This document shows, piece by piece, positions 17,166 through 25,082 of a stretch of 33,499 bases of DNA. Origin of the DNA: an uncultured Clostridia bacterium (GTDB lineage Bacteria > Bacillota > Clostridia > Christensenellales > UBA1242); the NCBI GenBank assembly GCA_944345545.1, contig CALVMK010000055.1, positions 1 to 33,499 of the forward strand. Direction: 5' to 3'. Position 1 is the stretch's first letter. Every line of letters begins with the position of its first letter. Both the position numbers and the translations under genes were made by a program. A model generated the notes under the pieces. The model did not search any database. It was not told the DNA's origin and was given only the letters and a program-made list of their open reading frames with translations.

Positions 17166-19163
17166 ATGTTAAATGAAAGCGAATTAAATGAAGAAAAAAA
17201 ATATTTGCAAAAAACTTTTGAAAGACTTAATTACAAAATTGATGTTTTAAATCAAACCTTGGAAAATTACAATTTTAGAACTCATGAACTTTCTAAGTTT
17301 ATTGCAGAGAATTTTTATGATATGGACGCTCAAGAAGCAGCTGTTCAAAGAAATTTGTTAGACAACTTAAATTTAGAGAAGGCGGGCGTTGAGCACGCCC
17401 TCTTTAAATGTGAAAAACAAGCACAAAAGCCTTATTTTGGTAGAATTGATTTTGTTGAAAATGGGGATAGTGTTTGTGAAAGTTGTTATATTGGAATTTC
17501 ATATTTAGAAAACCCAGATGGTTTTCCTTTTGTTATAGATTGGCGTGCTCCTATTTCTAGTTTATATTACGACTACGAATTGGGTAAGGCTTCATATTCA
17601 GCCCCTGATGGAACAATTAATGGTGAAATTTTATTAAAAAGACAATATAAAATAGAAGGAGAAAAACTTGTTTTTGCTTTTGATAGTTCTGTTACTATTA
17701 ATGATGAAATTTTGCAAGATGCACTTGGACAAAATTCTGGCTCTAAAATGAAACAAATAGTTTCTACCATACAAAAAGAACAAAATAAAATTATTAGAAG
17801 CAATGATTTTGAAAATATTCTTGTTCAAGGTATTGCAGGCTCTGGTAAAACTTCTATTGCACTTCATAGAATTGCTTATTTACTCTATAAAAACAAATTA
17901 TCATCTAAAGATATTGTGATTATTTCTCCAAGTTCGCTTTTTTCAGATTATATATCTGATGTTTTACCAGAACTTGGTGAACAAAATGTTTATGCAACAA
18001 CGTTTGAAGAAATAGCTAAGGAAGAATTAGATGGCATTTTAGATTTTGAAAGCAGATTAGATATGCTTGAAAGTTTGTTAGCTGGTAATTTTGAACGTGC
18101 TAAAGAAGTTAATTATAAGGAAAGCCCTGAGTTTTTTCAAAGTTTAAAAACATTTTTAAATAGTTTTGTAGATATAAATTTTGAAGCCAAAGATATCAAT
18201 TTGGGTGATAAAAAAATAAAGGCTGATATTATTAATAATCTTTATAACGAAAGATATAAATCAAAAAAACCATCTGTTAGAATTGAATGGATAGCAGATT
18301 ATGTTATTGACCAACTTGGTGCAGAAAACAAGAATGTTGATGCTATTAGTTCTAGAATTAAAAAAGTTCTTTTAGGAATGTTTAGAATTAACAACATTAC
18401 TGAAATATATATAACCTTTTTAAAAATGATTGGAATGAAAGATAACATCTTTATTAGTAAAAAAACTTTACGATTTGAAGATGTTGCTCCAATTCTTTAT
18501 ATTAAAGATTATCTTTTAGGAACTAATCAATACAAGGAGTTTAAGTTTGCTGTAATTGATGAAATGCAAGATTATAGTGAAATTGCTTTAGATTTGATTT
18601 CTAAAAGATATCCATGTCCAAAAACTATTTTAGGAGATATTTATCAAAGCGTTGAAAGAATTTTAAATCATGCTTATTTAGATAATCTTTGTAAACTTTT
18701 AAATGATGCAAAACTTGTAAAACTTGCAAAAACTTATCGTTCAACAAAAGAGATTACTGAATATTCTCAAAATCTTATTGGTCTAAGTGGAGCAATTAAT
18801 TTTGAACGTCATGGTGATAAGGTTAAGGTTATAAAAAGTCAAAATTTATTAGAAGAACTTAAAACAGAAATCCAAGATTGTAAAGGTAAAGCTTTTAAAC
18901 ACATTGCTATTATAACTCCAACTATGAAAGAAGCAGAAGAACTTTATATAAATCATCCTGAATTAGAAAACGCTGTTTTAATTTCAGATAATACAAGTGA
19001 ACTTCCAGATGGTGTTATTATATTGTCTTCTCTTTTAAGTAAAGGGCTTGAGTTCGATGCGGTTATTTCAGTTAGAAAAAAACCTGAAAACTATTTGGAA
19101 AAGAATGCAGATTACATTGCTTCAACTAGGGCTCTTCACAAGCTTTGTGTTATTGAAGTGTAG
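17166..19163 (+). CDS. helD: HelD-family SF1 helicase-like RNA polymerase recycling ATPase
   Basis: PYFGRIDF, YIG, DWRAPIS, IVSTIQKEQN, QGIAGSGKTSIALHRIAYLLY, VLPELGE, DEMQD, YRST, KGLEFD, TRALH. Confidence 0.88.
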   Translation: MLNESELNEEKKYLQKTFERLNYKIDVLNQTLENYNFRTHELSKFIAENFYDMDAQEAAVQRNLLDNLNLEKAGVEHALFKCEKQAQKPYFGRIDFVENGDSVCESCYIGISYLENPDGFPFVIDWRAPISSLYYDYELGKASYSAPDGTINGEILLKRQYKIEGEKLVFAFDSSVTINDEILQDALGQNSGSKMKQIVSTIQKEQNKIIRSNDFENILVQGIAGSGKTSIALHRIAYLLYKNKLSSKDIVIISPSSLFSDYISDVLPELGEQNVYATTFEEIAKEELDGILDFESRLDMLESLLAGNFERAKEVNYKESPEFFQSLKTFLNSFVDINFEAKDINLGDKKIKADIINNLYNERYKSKKPSVRIEWIADYVIDQLGAENKNVDAISSRIKKVLLGMFRINNITEIYITFLKMIGMKDNIFISKKTLRFEDVAPILYIKDYLLGTNQYKEFKFAVIDEMQDYSEIALDLISKRYPCPKTILGDIYQSVERILNHAYLDNLCKLLNDAKLVKLAKTYRSTKEITEYSQNLIGLSGAINFERHGDKVKVIKSQNLLEELKTEIQDCKGKAFKHIAIITPTMKEAEELYINHPELENAVLISDNTSELPDGVIILSSLLSKGLEFDAVISVRKKPENYLEKNADYIASTRALHKLCVIEV

Positions 19164-19185
19164 TTTAAGTTTTTGTGTTGTTAAA

Positions 19186-19283
19186 CTGCTTTAATGACCC
19201 TTTGCGAGTTTGGGCTATGCCAAAAAAAAGTGCTTTGCACTTTTAGTGCGAATTATTCGCACACTCGCAAAGGGTTAAGGCAG
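19186..19283 (+). ncRNA. unidentified cloverleaf-like structured element (RNA leader, ncRNA or repeat)
   Basis: Long outer stem encloses three adjacent triloop hairpins; G:U pairs favour the plus strand. See findings. Confidence 0.5.
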
Positions 19284-19315
19284 AACAAACTGAACATTTT
19301 TAAAAGGAGTGTTGT

Positions 19316-20668
19316 ATGACATACGATTATGCTGTTATTGGTGGTGGAATTATAGGCACTGCGATATTCAATAAAATTATAAGAAAAAATAAATCTTGCA
19401 TTTTAATAGAGCGAGAGTTAGATATTGCCACAGGTGCAACAAAGGCCAATAGTGGACTTGTTCACGCAGGCTTTGATGCTGAAACTGGGTCATTAAAGGC
19501 AAAATTTAATGTAAGAGGCAATTATTTAATAGAAGAATTAGCAAAAGAGTTAAACATACCTTTTAAAAGAACAGGAGCATTAGTTGTTGGAAATGATTTA
19601 GAAAAACTTAATAATTTAAAAACGCGTGGTGAAAACAACGGAGTAAAAGAATTAGAAATAATAAATAGAGATAAGTTAAAAGAACTTGTTCCAAACTTAA
19701 AAGAAGATATAAAATATGCTTTATATGCAAAAACTGCTGGAGTCATTTCACCTTACATATTTGCAATAGCATTAGCAGAAGAAGGTGTTATAAATGGCGG
19801 AGATTTTAAACTTGGTTTTGAAATAACTAATATTGAAGAAGAAAAAAATATATTTAAAATTTATTCTAAAGATAACATAATTGAAGCCAAAAAAGTCATA
19901 AACTGTGCAGGTGCAGGATTTAATGAGATTTCAAAATTTTTGAAAGTGGAAGAATATCCAATAAAATTTAGAAGAGGAGAATATATTGTTTTAGATAAAT
20001 CCGAATTTGTTAAATTGTCGATATTCCCTTTGCCCACAAACTTAGGAAAAGGTATTCTTGCAACCCCTACAATAGATGGAAACATTTTGTTAGGTCCAAC
20101 GGCAGAAGATATTGAAGACTATAACACAGAAACAACAACAGAAGGTATTGATAAAATTTTAGGTTATATAAATTCAACATTTGATAATGTTCCGTTAAAT
20201 AAAACTATAAGACAATTTTCTGGCATAAGGGTTTCATGTGGAGAAGATTTTGTTGTAGAAAAAAGCAAAAAAAATCAAAATGTTGTTCTAGTTGCAGGAA
20301 TTAATTCTCCTGGTTTAAGTTCAGCTCCTGCTATTGCAGAATTTGTTGTAGAAGAACTTTTTGAAGAAAAAGCTCAAGATAAAATAATGAAAAGAAGAAG
20401 TCCGTATTTTACTGAAAATGCTGGAAAGATAATTTGCAGATGTGAAAAAATAGGAGAAAATGAAATTATTAATGCGATAAATGCACCAATCCCTGCAATA
20501 ACTGTTGATGCTATTAAAAGAAGAGTAAGGGCAGGAATGGGAAGGTGCCAAGGTGGACAGTGCATGCTTGAAGTTTGCAAGCTTATAGCAAGAAATAAAG
20601 GATTAAAACTTGAAGATATTAAAAAAGAAAGCAAAAATAGCTATATCATGTTTAAGGGGGAAAATTAA
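19316..20668 (+). CDS. FAD-dependent oxidoreductase, GlpA/LhgO-like, with C-terminal BFD-like [2Fe-2S] domain
   Basis: VIGGGIIG, GATKANSGLVHAGFD, AGINSPGLSSAPAI, CRCE...IKRRVRAGMGRCQGGQC. Confidence 0.85.
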   Translation: MTYDYAVIGGGIIGTAIFNKIIRKNKSCILIERELDIATGATKANSGLVHAGFDAETGSLKAKFNVRGNYLIEELAKELNIPFKRTGALVVGNDLEKLNNLKTRGENNGVKELEIINRDKLKELVPNLKEDIKYALYAKTAGVISPYIFAIALAEEGVINGGDFKLGFEITNIEEEKNIFKIYSKDNIIEAKKVINCAGAGFNEISKFLKVEEYPIKFRRGEYIVLDKSEFVKLSIFPLPTNLGKGILATPTIDGNILLGPTAEDIEDYNTETTTEGIDKILGYINSTFDNVPLNKTIRQFSGIRVSCGEDFVVEKSKKNQNVVLVAGINSPGLSSAPAIAEFVVEELFEEKAQDKIMKRRSPYFTENAGKIICRCEKIGENEIINAINAPIPAITVDAIKRRVRAGMGRCQGGQCMLEVCKLIARNKGLKLEDIKKESKNSYIMFKGEN

Positions 20669-21886
20669 ATGAAAACAGATGTAGTGGTTATAGGCGGTGG
20701 ACCTTCTGGAATGTCGGCAGCTTTAAAGGCAAGTGAACAAGGTGCAAAAGTTCTTTTAGTTGATGTTGAATCAAGGTTAGGTGGAATATTAAATCAATGT
20801 ATTCATAACGGCTTTGGCTTAAAGCATTTTAAAGAAGAATTAACTGGACCTGAATATGCTAATAGATTGGCTAATGAAGTTTATAAAGATAAAAACATTG
20901 AAGTAAAACTTAACAGTTATGTAAACTATATTGACAAAAATAAAGTGTTTGTTTTAACAGAAAAGGGACAAGAAATTATTGAATGTTCTTCAATTATACT
21001 ATCTGCTGGGGCTAGAGAAAGGACAAGCGGTGAAATATATTTAAAAGGCAAAAGGTTAGCAGGAGTTTACACAGCAGGAACAGCACAAAAAATGGTTAAC
21101 TTTTATGGAAAACTACCTGGAAAAAAGATAGTTATTCTTGGAAGTGGAGATATAGGTTTAATTATGGCTAGACGAATGACGCTAGAAGGTGCTGAAGTAA
21201 AACTTGTATTAGAAATAATGGGACATTCATCTGGACTAAGAAGAAATATAAGGCAATGTATTGAAGATTTTAATATTCCCCTTTTGTTTAATCACACAAT
21301 AACAAAAGTTGTTGGAGATGAAAGAGTATGTGGAGTATATTACGCAGAAGTTGATGAAAATAAAAAACCCAAGTTAGAGACGGAAAAATATATAGATTGT
21401 GATTGTGTTTTACTTTCGGTTGGACTAATTCCTGAAAATACTTTGCTTCCAAAACAAACATTAAGAGAAAAATTTGTTGTAGTTGATGATGAAAGACAAA
21501 CAAGCGTAGATGGTATTTTTATTTGCGGAAATGTTCTTCACATTCACGATTTAGCGGATAATGCTACTGAAGAAGGAGAAATCGCAGGAAAGTTTGCTGG
21601 ATTATATGCATTAAATAAACTAAAAAAATATGTTAAAGTTATCATAAACTTTTCTAATAAAATATCTTATTGTATGCCAAAACTCGTTAATAAAAAAACT
21701 GAAGGAAAATTCACTATTTATATGCGAGCAAACAACAATTTTATTAAAAAGTTTATAACAGTAAAAAGTGGAGATAACATTATTGCAAAAAAGTTTTGTG
21801 TTGGAATAACAACAGGAGAAATGCAAGAAATAGAAGTTGAATACTCAAAGGTTAATGGCGACCTTTACGTTGATATTGAGGGGTAA
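20669..21886 (+). CDS. pyridine nucleotide-disulfide oxidoreductase (NAD(P)/FAD-binding)
   Basis: IGGGPSG, LGGILNQCIHNGFG..ELTGPEYA, ILGSGDIGLIMARR, GNVLHIHDLAD. Confidence 0.85.
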   Translation: MKTDVVVIGGGPSGMSAALKASEQGAKVLLVDVESRLGGILNQCIHNGFGLKHFKEELTGPEYANRLANEVYKDKNIEVKLNSYVNYIDKNKVFVLTEKGQEIIECSSIILSAGARERTSGEIYLKGKRLAGVYTAGTAQKMVNFYGKLPGKKIVILGSGDIGLIMARRMTLEGAEVKLVLEIMGHSSGLRRNIRQCIEDFNIPLLFNHTITKVVGDERVCGVYYAEVDENKKPKLETEKYIDCDCVLLSVGLIPENTLLPKQTLREKFVVVDDERQTSVDGIFICGNVLHIHDLADNATEEGEIAGKFAGLYALNKLKKYVKVIINFSNKISYCMPKLVNKKTEGKFTIYMRANNNFIKKFITVKSGDNIIAKKFCVGITTGEMQEIEVEYSKVNGDLYVDIEG

Positions 21887-21889
21887 GTT

Positions 21890-22231
21890 ATGGAAACAAT
21901 TTGCATATGTTGCCCAATAGGGTGCAGATTAAAAGTGGAAAAAATTGATGGAGAGATTGTTGTTACAGGCAATTCATGTCCAAGGGGCAAAGATTATGGA
22001 ATAAGTGAATTTACTTTTCCAAAAAGAGTTCTTACAACAAGTTTAGTTTTTCCTAATGTTACGTACACTTTAAAAACAACAACAGCTTTGCCAAAAGAAA
22101 GAGTTAAAGAAGCTTTAAAAGAGATTAAAAAAATTGGTTACAAAGAATGTAATATAGGCGACGTTTTAATAAAGAATATTATAAATAGTGATGCAGATGT
22201 TGTTGTTACAGGTAAAATAGAAAATGCTTAA
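21890..22231 (+). CDS. DUF1667-family CxxC metal-binding protein
   Basis: CICCPIGC...GNSCPRG...PKRVLTTS; usual third gene of this oxidoreductase cassette. Confidence 0.8.
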   Translation: METICICCPIGCRLKVEKIDGEIVVTGNSCPRGKDYGISEFTFPKRVLTTSLVFPNVTYTLKTTTALPKERVKEALKEIKKIGYKECNIGDVLIKNIINSDADVVVTGKIENA

Positions 22232-22300
22232 AAAGTTTGTTAAGTGAATGCTTAAAAAACTTAGTAATAGTAATCTAACATTAAAAACAATAACAAACTA

Positions 22301-22329
22301 AAAGAACTTATCGCAAGATAAAGTTCTTT
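22301..22329. terminator. terminator between convergent genes
   Basis: AAAGAACTTATC-GCAA-GATAAAGTTCTTT (one bulge). Confidence 0.7.
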
Positions 22330-22361
22330 CTATTATTAAAAATATAAACAATATTTAAGAT

Positions 22362-22937
22362 TTAGTTGTCTAAATCTTCTTCATTAAAATCTTTATATCC
22401 TAAACTTCTATAGTCAATGTGGTTATTACCATTGTTATTATGCGACATATATTCATGATTTTGGTTTTGGTTGTTATTATTAGTGTAGTTTTCATTCATA
22501 GAGAAATTATTGTTTTGATTGGTATTTTCATAGTTTTGATATCTAGACATATCACGCGGAAAATTTCTTTGATTATTGTTTGAGTTATAATAGTTTGTGT
22601 TAGACATATCTAAGCCTGCTTCACTATTTGAGTTTTGAAAAGAGGATTTTTGCGTTTGATTATTTCCTGAGTTATTTGCATGTGTAACTTCTTCAGCTAA
22701 AACATCTTTTTTCTTTTTTTCAAAGCCGTCATCATTAATTTTAATTCTGCCTTTTCCTCTAAAAGCTTGCACTACTATCCAGATTGCAGCAACTCCAATA
22801 AAAAAATATACAATTCTTGAAAACATGCTAGCTTGAGAGCCAAAAAGTCCAGCCACAAAATCATATTGTAAAGCTCCTATTGAAAGCCAGTTTAACGCAC
22901 CTAAAAGAATTAGAATAAAAGAAACAAAGGTAATCAT
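22362..22937 (-). CDS. DUF378 (YuzA-like) membrane protein with Asn-rich C-terminal tail
   Basis: ILILLGALNWLSIG...DFVAGLFG....SRIVYFFIGVAA DUF378 pattern; AGGAG Shine-Dalgarno. Confidence 0.85.
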   Translation of the reverse strand: MITFVSFILILLGALNWLSIGALQYDFVAGLFGSQASMFSRIVYFFIGVAAIWIVVQAFRGKGRIKINDDGFEKKKKDVLAEEVTHANNSGNNQTQKSSFQNSNSEAGLDMSNTNYYNSNNNQRNFPRDMSRYQNYENTNQNNNFSMNENYTNNNNQNQNHEYMSHNNNGNNHIDYRSLGYKDFNEEDLDN

Positions 22938-22968
22938 AAAATCTCCTAAAATTAATATAGATTATGAA

Positions 22969-22997
22969 TATTGTGTGCAGATTTGCATATTATATGC
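22969..22997 (-). promoter_or_regulatory. possible sigma-G-type sporulation promoter of the DUF378 gene
   Basis: Minus strand GCATA-17 nt-CACAATA versus consensus GHATA-N17/18-CATAMTA. Confidence 0.4.
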
Positions 22998-23030
22998 GTG
23001 TAGGTTTTTAAAAAAACTTTAACAAATTCC

Positions 23031-23059
23031 TTGACAAGAGAATATAATAAGTCTATAAT
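23031..23059 (+). promoter_or_regulatory. consensus sigma-A promoter of greA
   Basis: TTGACA-17 nt-TATAAT, perfect. Confidence 0.88.
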
Positions 23060-23146
23060 CTCGATTGTCTAGGTAGACGCAAAAGGTTTAAAAAAAGTTA
23101 TGGTCTTTGAAAAAAGATTGAATTTTTTTTATTAGGAGGGAAAACA

Positions 23147-23617
23147 ATGACAGCAACATTTTTAACACCAGAAGGAAAAAAACAACTTGAAGAAAAATTA
23201 GAGTATTACAAAACAGTTAGAAGACCAGAAATTTCTGCAAAAATAGGAATTGCAAGAGAATATGGCGACCTTAGTGAAAACGCTGAATATGATGCAGCAA
23301 AAGAAGAACAAGCTTTGTTAGAAGCAGAAATTATGGAAATGGAAAATAAACTTCGTAATGCGGTTATTATAAATAAGGACAAAATCAATACAGATAAAGT
23401 TAGCATTGGTTGCACAGTAAAAATTTATGATGCAGAGTTTGATGAAGAAGTTGAATATCAAATTATTGGTTCAACTGAAAGTAACCCTTTAAAAGGTTTG
23501 ATAAGTAATGAATCTCCTGTTGGTAGAGCTTTAATAGGAAAAAAAGTAGGGGACACAGTAGTAGTTGAAACTCCTGCAGGTCCAAGCACCTTAAAAGTTT
23601 TAGAAATAAGAGCGTAA
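23147..23617 (+). CDS. greA: transcription elongation factor GreA
   Basis: AREYGDLSENAEYDAAKEEQ and ISNESPVGRALIGKKVGD. Confidence 0.98.
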   Translation: MTATFLTPEGKKQLEEKLEYYKTVRRPEISAKIGIAREYGDLSENAEYDAAKEEQALLEAEIMEMENKLRNAVIINKDKINTDKVSIGCTVKIYDAEFDEEVEYQIIGSTESNPLKGLISNESPVGRALIGKKVGDTVVVETPAGPSTLKVLEIRA

Positions 23618-23621
23618 AGAT

Positions 23622-23660
23622 AAAAAGGCAAGCACTTTAAAATTGTGTTTGTCTTTTTTT
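23622..23660 (+). terminator. intrinsic terminator after greA
   Basis: AAAAAGGCAAGCAC-9 nt-GTGTTTGTCTTTTT with G:U pairs and a T run. Confidence 0.75.
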
Positions 23661-23753
23661 AATTGTTGAAATGGTAATAAGTTTTTTAAGTAATATTTTA
23701 CAATATATCAAAAAATTTAGAGAAAAAATTTAAAATAAATTGTAAAAGATAAA

Positions 23754-23787
23754 CAAAAAAGTCATCGCATAAACGATGACTTTTTTG
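23754..23787. terminator. bidirectional intrinsic terminator
   Basis: Perfect 14-bp arms CAAAAAAGTCATCG and CGATGACTTTTTTG directly after the stop of the 73-aa gene. Confidence 0.85.
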
Positions 23788-23788
23788 C

Positions 23789-24010
23789 TTAAATGTTCAA
23801 TAAACGCAAAATGTGCTTGCTAACTATCATTAATATTAAGTCAAGAATCCAAACGATAGTAAAACCAAATATTAATCTTATTAAGCCTGCAACTATTTTT
23901 CCTTCCATGAATCTTGTAACAAACCCGCAAATCCATGCTGTAACTGGGATTATAGCTAAGATTACGCTTACTAGATAGCCAAGTCCAAAATAATCACTTC
24001 TTTTTGCCAT
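23789..24010 (-). CDS. small membrane protein, TM2-domain-like
   Basis: AAGGAG Shine-Dalgarno and its own terminator; TRFMEGKIVAGLIRLIFG..IVWILDLILM resembles the TM2 pattern HRFYLGK..GILYL....W.L.DLILI. Confidence 0.7.
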   Translation of the reverse strand: MAKRSDYFGLGYLVSVILAIIPVTAWICGFVTRFMEGKIVAGLIRLIFGFTIVWILDLILMIVSKHILRLLNI

Positions 24011-24219
24011 TTTACTTTCTCTCCTTTTTTATAATTCGCTTTTCAGCGAGCAAAGCTTTAAATTTCTTTAAATCTTCCTTTTATTATATTAAATCTTTTT
24101 TATGTAAATGTCAATTATTATATAAAACTATTTTTTTCTTCATTTTTATATTTTTTATGTCAATAAAAAAAATTAAATTCTATTAGTTTACTTTTTTCTT
24201 TAATTTTTTACAAAATTAG

Positions 24220-24248
24220 TTGACATATTTTGTAAAAAATAGTATTTT
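24220..24248 (+). promoter_or_regulatory. sigma-A promoter of the Spo0A-like gene
   Basis: TTGACA-17 nt-TATTTT; the track's TTG start is this -35 element. Confidence 0.55.
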
Positions 24249-24267
24249 AAGACTAAGGAGTTTCAAA

Positions 24268-24603
24268 ATGGAAAATTTAAGGAGATTTAGTGAGGGACAA
24301 AATGTTTTTATTAATAATCTTTTAACAGAAAACGATGTTAATTTAAAATGGATAGGAAGGCAATATATAAAAGATATTGTAGAAATGTTAAACTATGACA
24401 ATTCCATGTTGAAATCGTTAAATAACTATGTGTATCCTGTTATAGCAGAAAGGTATAAAACAAAGCCAAGCAATGTTGAAAAAAGTGTGAGAAATGCCAT
24501 TGCCAAATCTGCTTATTATAAAAAGGGAAAAGACGCAACAAATAAAACAATTTTAACTGAGCTGGTCGAAAAATTGAAAATATTTTCTTCTAATAACCCC
24601 TAA
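24268..24603 (+). CDS. Spo0A C-terminal DNA-binding-domain-only protein (111 aa, no receiver domain)
   Basis: G.QYIKD..EM...D.SML.SL...VYPVIAERYKTKPSNVEKSVRNAI....TNKTILTELVEKLK aligns by eye with Spo0A_C (GYLYLRE...[24 protein letters not shown]...PTNSEFIAMVADKLR); AAGGAG Shine-Dalgarno before ATG 24268. Confidence 0.8.
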   Translation: MENLRRFSEGQNVFINNLLTENDVNLKWIGRQYIKDIVEMLNYDNSMLKSLNNYVYPVIAERYKTKPSNVEKSVRNAIAKSAYYKKGKDATNKTILTELVEKLKIFSSNNP

Positions 24604-24608
24604 GCAAG

Positions 24609-24638
24609 TTGACAATTAAAAGCTTAGCGGGTTATAAT
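24609..24638 (+). promoter_or_regulatory. sigma-A promoter of the yqeY operon, embedded in an inverted repeat
   Basis: TTGACA-18 nt-TATAAT; arms TAACCCCTAAGC (24594-24605) and GCTTAGCGGGTTA (24622-24634). Confidence 0.7.
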
Positions 24639-24656
24639 ATTTTCTAGGAGAATATT

Positions 24657-25082
24657 ATGATTGTTGATGAAATAAAAAAAGCAAATTTACAAGCCATGAA
24701 AGATAAAGACGTTGTTGCAAGAAATATATATTCTGTTTTGCTTAACAAAATTATGCTTGAACAAATTAAAAAAAGAGAAAAGGGTGAAGAAATTCAAGAC
24801 CCTGATGTTGTTCAAATTTTGCAAAAAAGTTTAAAAGAATTAGAAGAAGAAAAGTCTAATTATTTAAAAGTTGGAAACAGTGATGAAGCAAGCAATTCTG
24901 AAAAACAAATTAATCTTGTTAAAGCATATTTGCCAGAAATGCTTTCTGAGGAAAAGATTGAAGAAATAATTAAGGGGCTAGATGATAAGTCTATTGGCTC
25001 TGTTATGAAATATTTTAAACAAGAATATAACGGCAAGTGCGATATGAACACTGTTAGAAGTGTGCTTGCTAAACTTCAATGA
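24657..25082 (+). CDS. yqeY: GatB/YqeY domain protein
   Basis: AMKDKD..., YLPEMLSEEKI, IGSVMK...GKCD pattern. Confidence 0.85.
   Translation: MIVDEIKKANLQAMKDKDVVARNIYSVLLNKIMLEQIKKREKGEEIQDPDVVQILQKSLKELEEEKSNYLKVGNSDEASNSEKQINLVKAYLPEMLSEEKIEEIIKGLDDKSIGSVMKYFKQEYNGKCDMNTVRSVLAKLQ

Noticed and set aside
19186-19283. tRNA or simple terminator interpretation of the cloverleaf
   Set aside because: No TTC T-loop, D-loop GG, 7-nt anticodon loop or CCA; loops are 3 nt and no U tract follows the stem.
22223-22258. 12-bp direct repeat AATGCTTAAAAA, two copies 24 bp apart at the DUF1667 stop
   Set aside because: Two AT-rich copies with no element between them; not enough to call a target-site duplication or CRISPR remnant.
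24004-24186. 60-aa Phe-rich ORF in the divergent spacer
   Set aside because: Product of T-rich promoter DNA with no Shine-Dalgarno.
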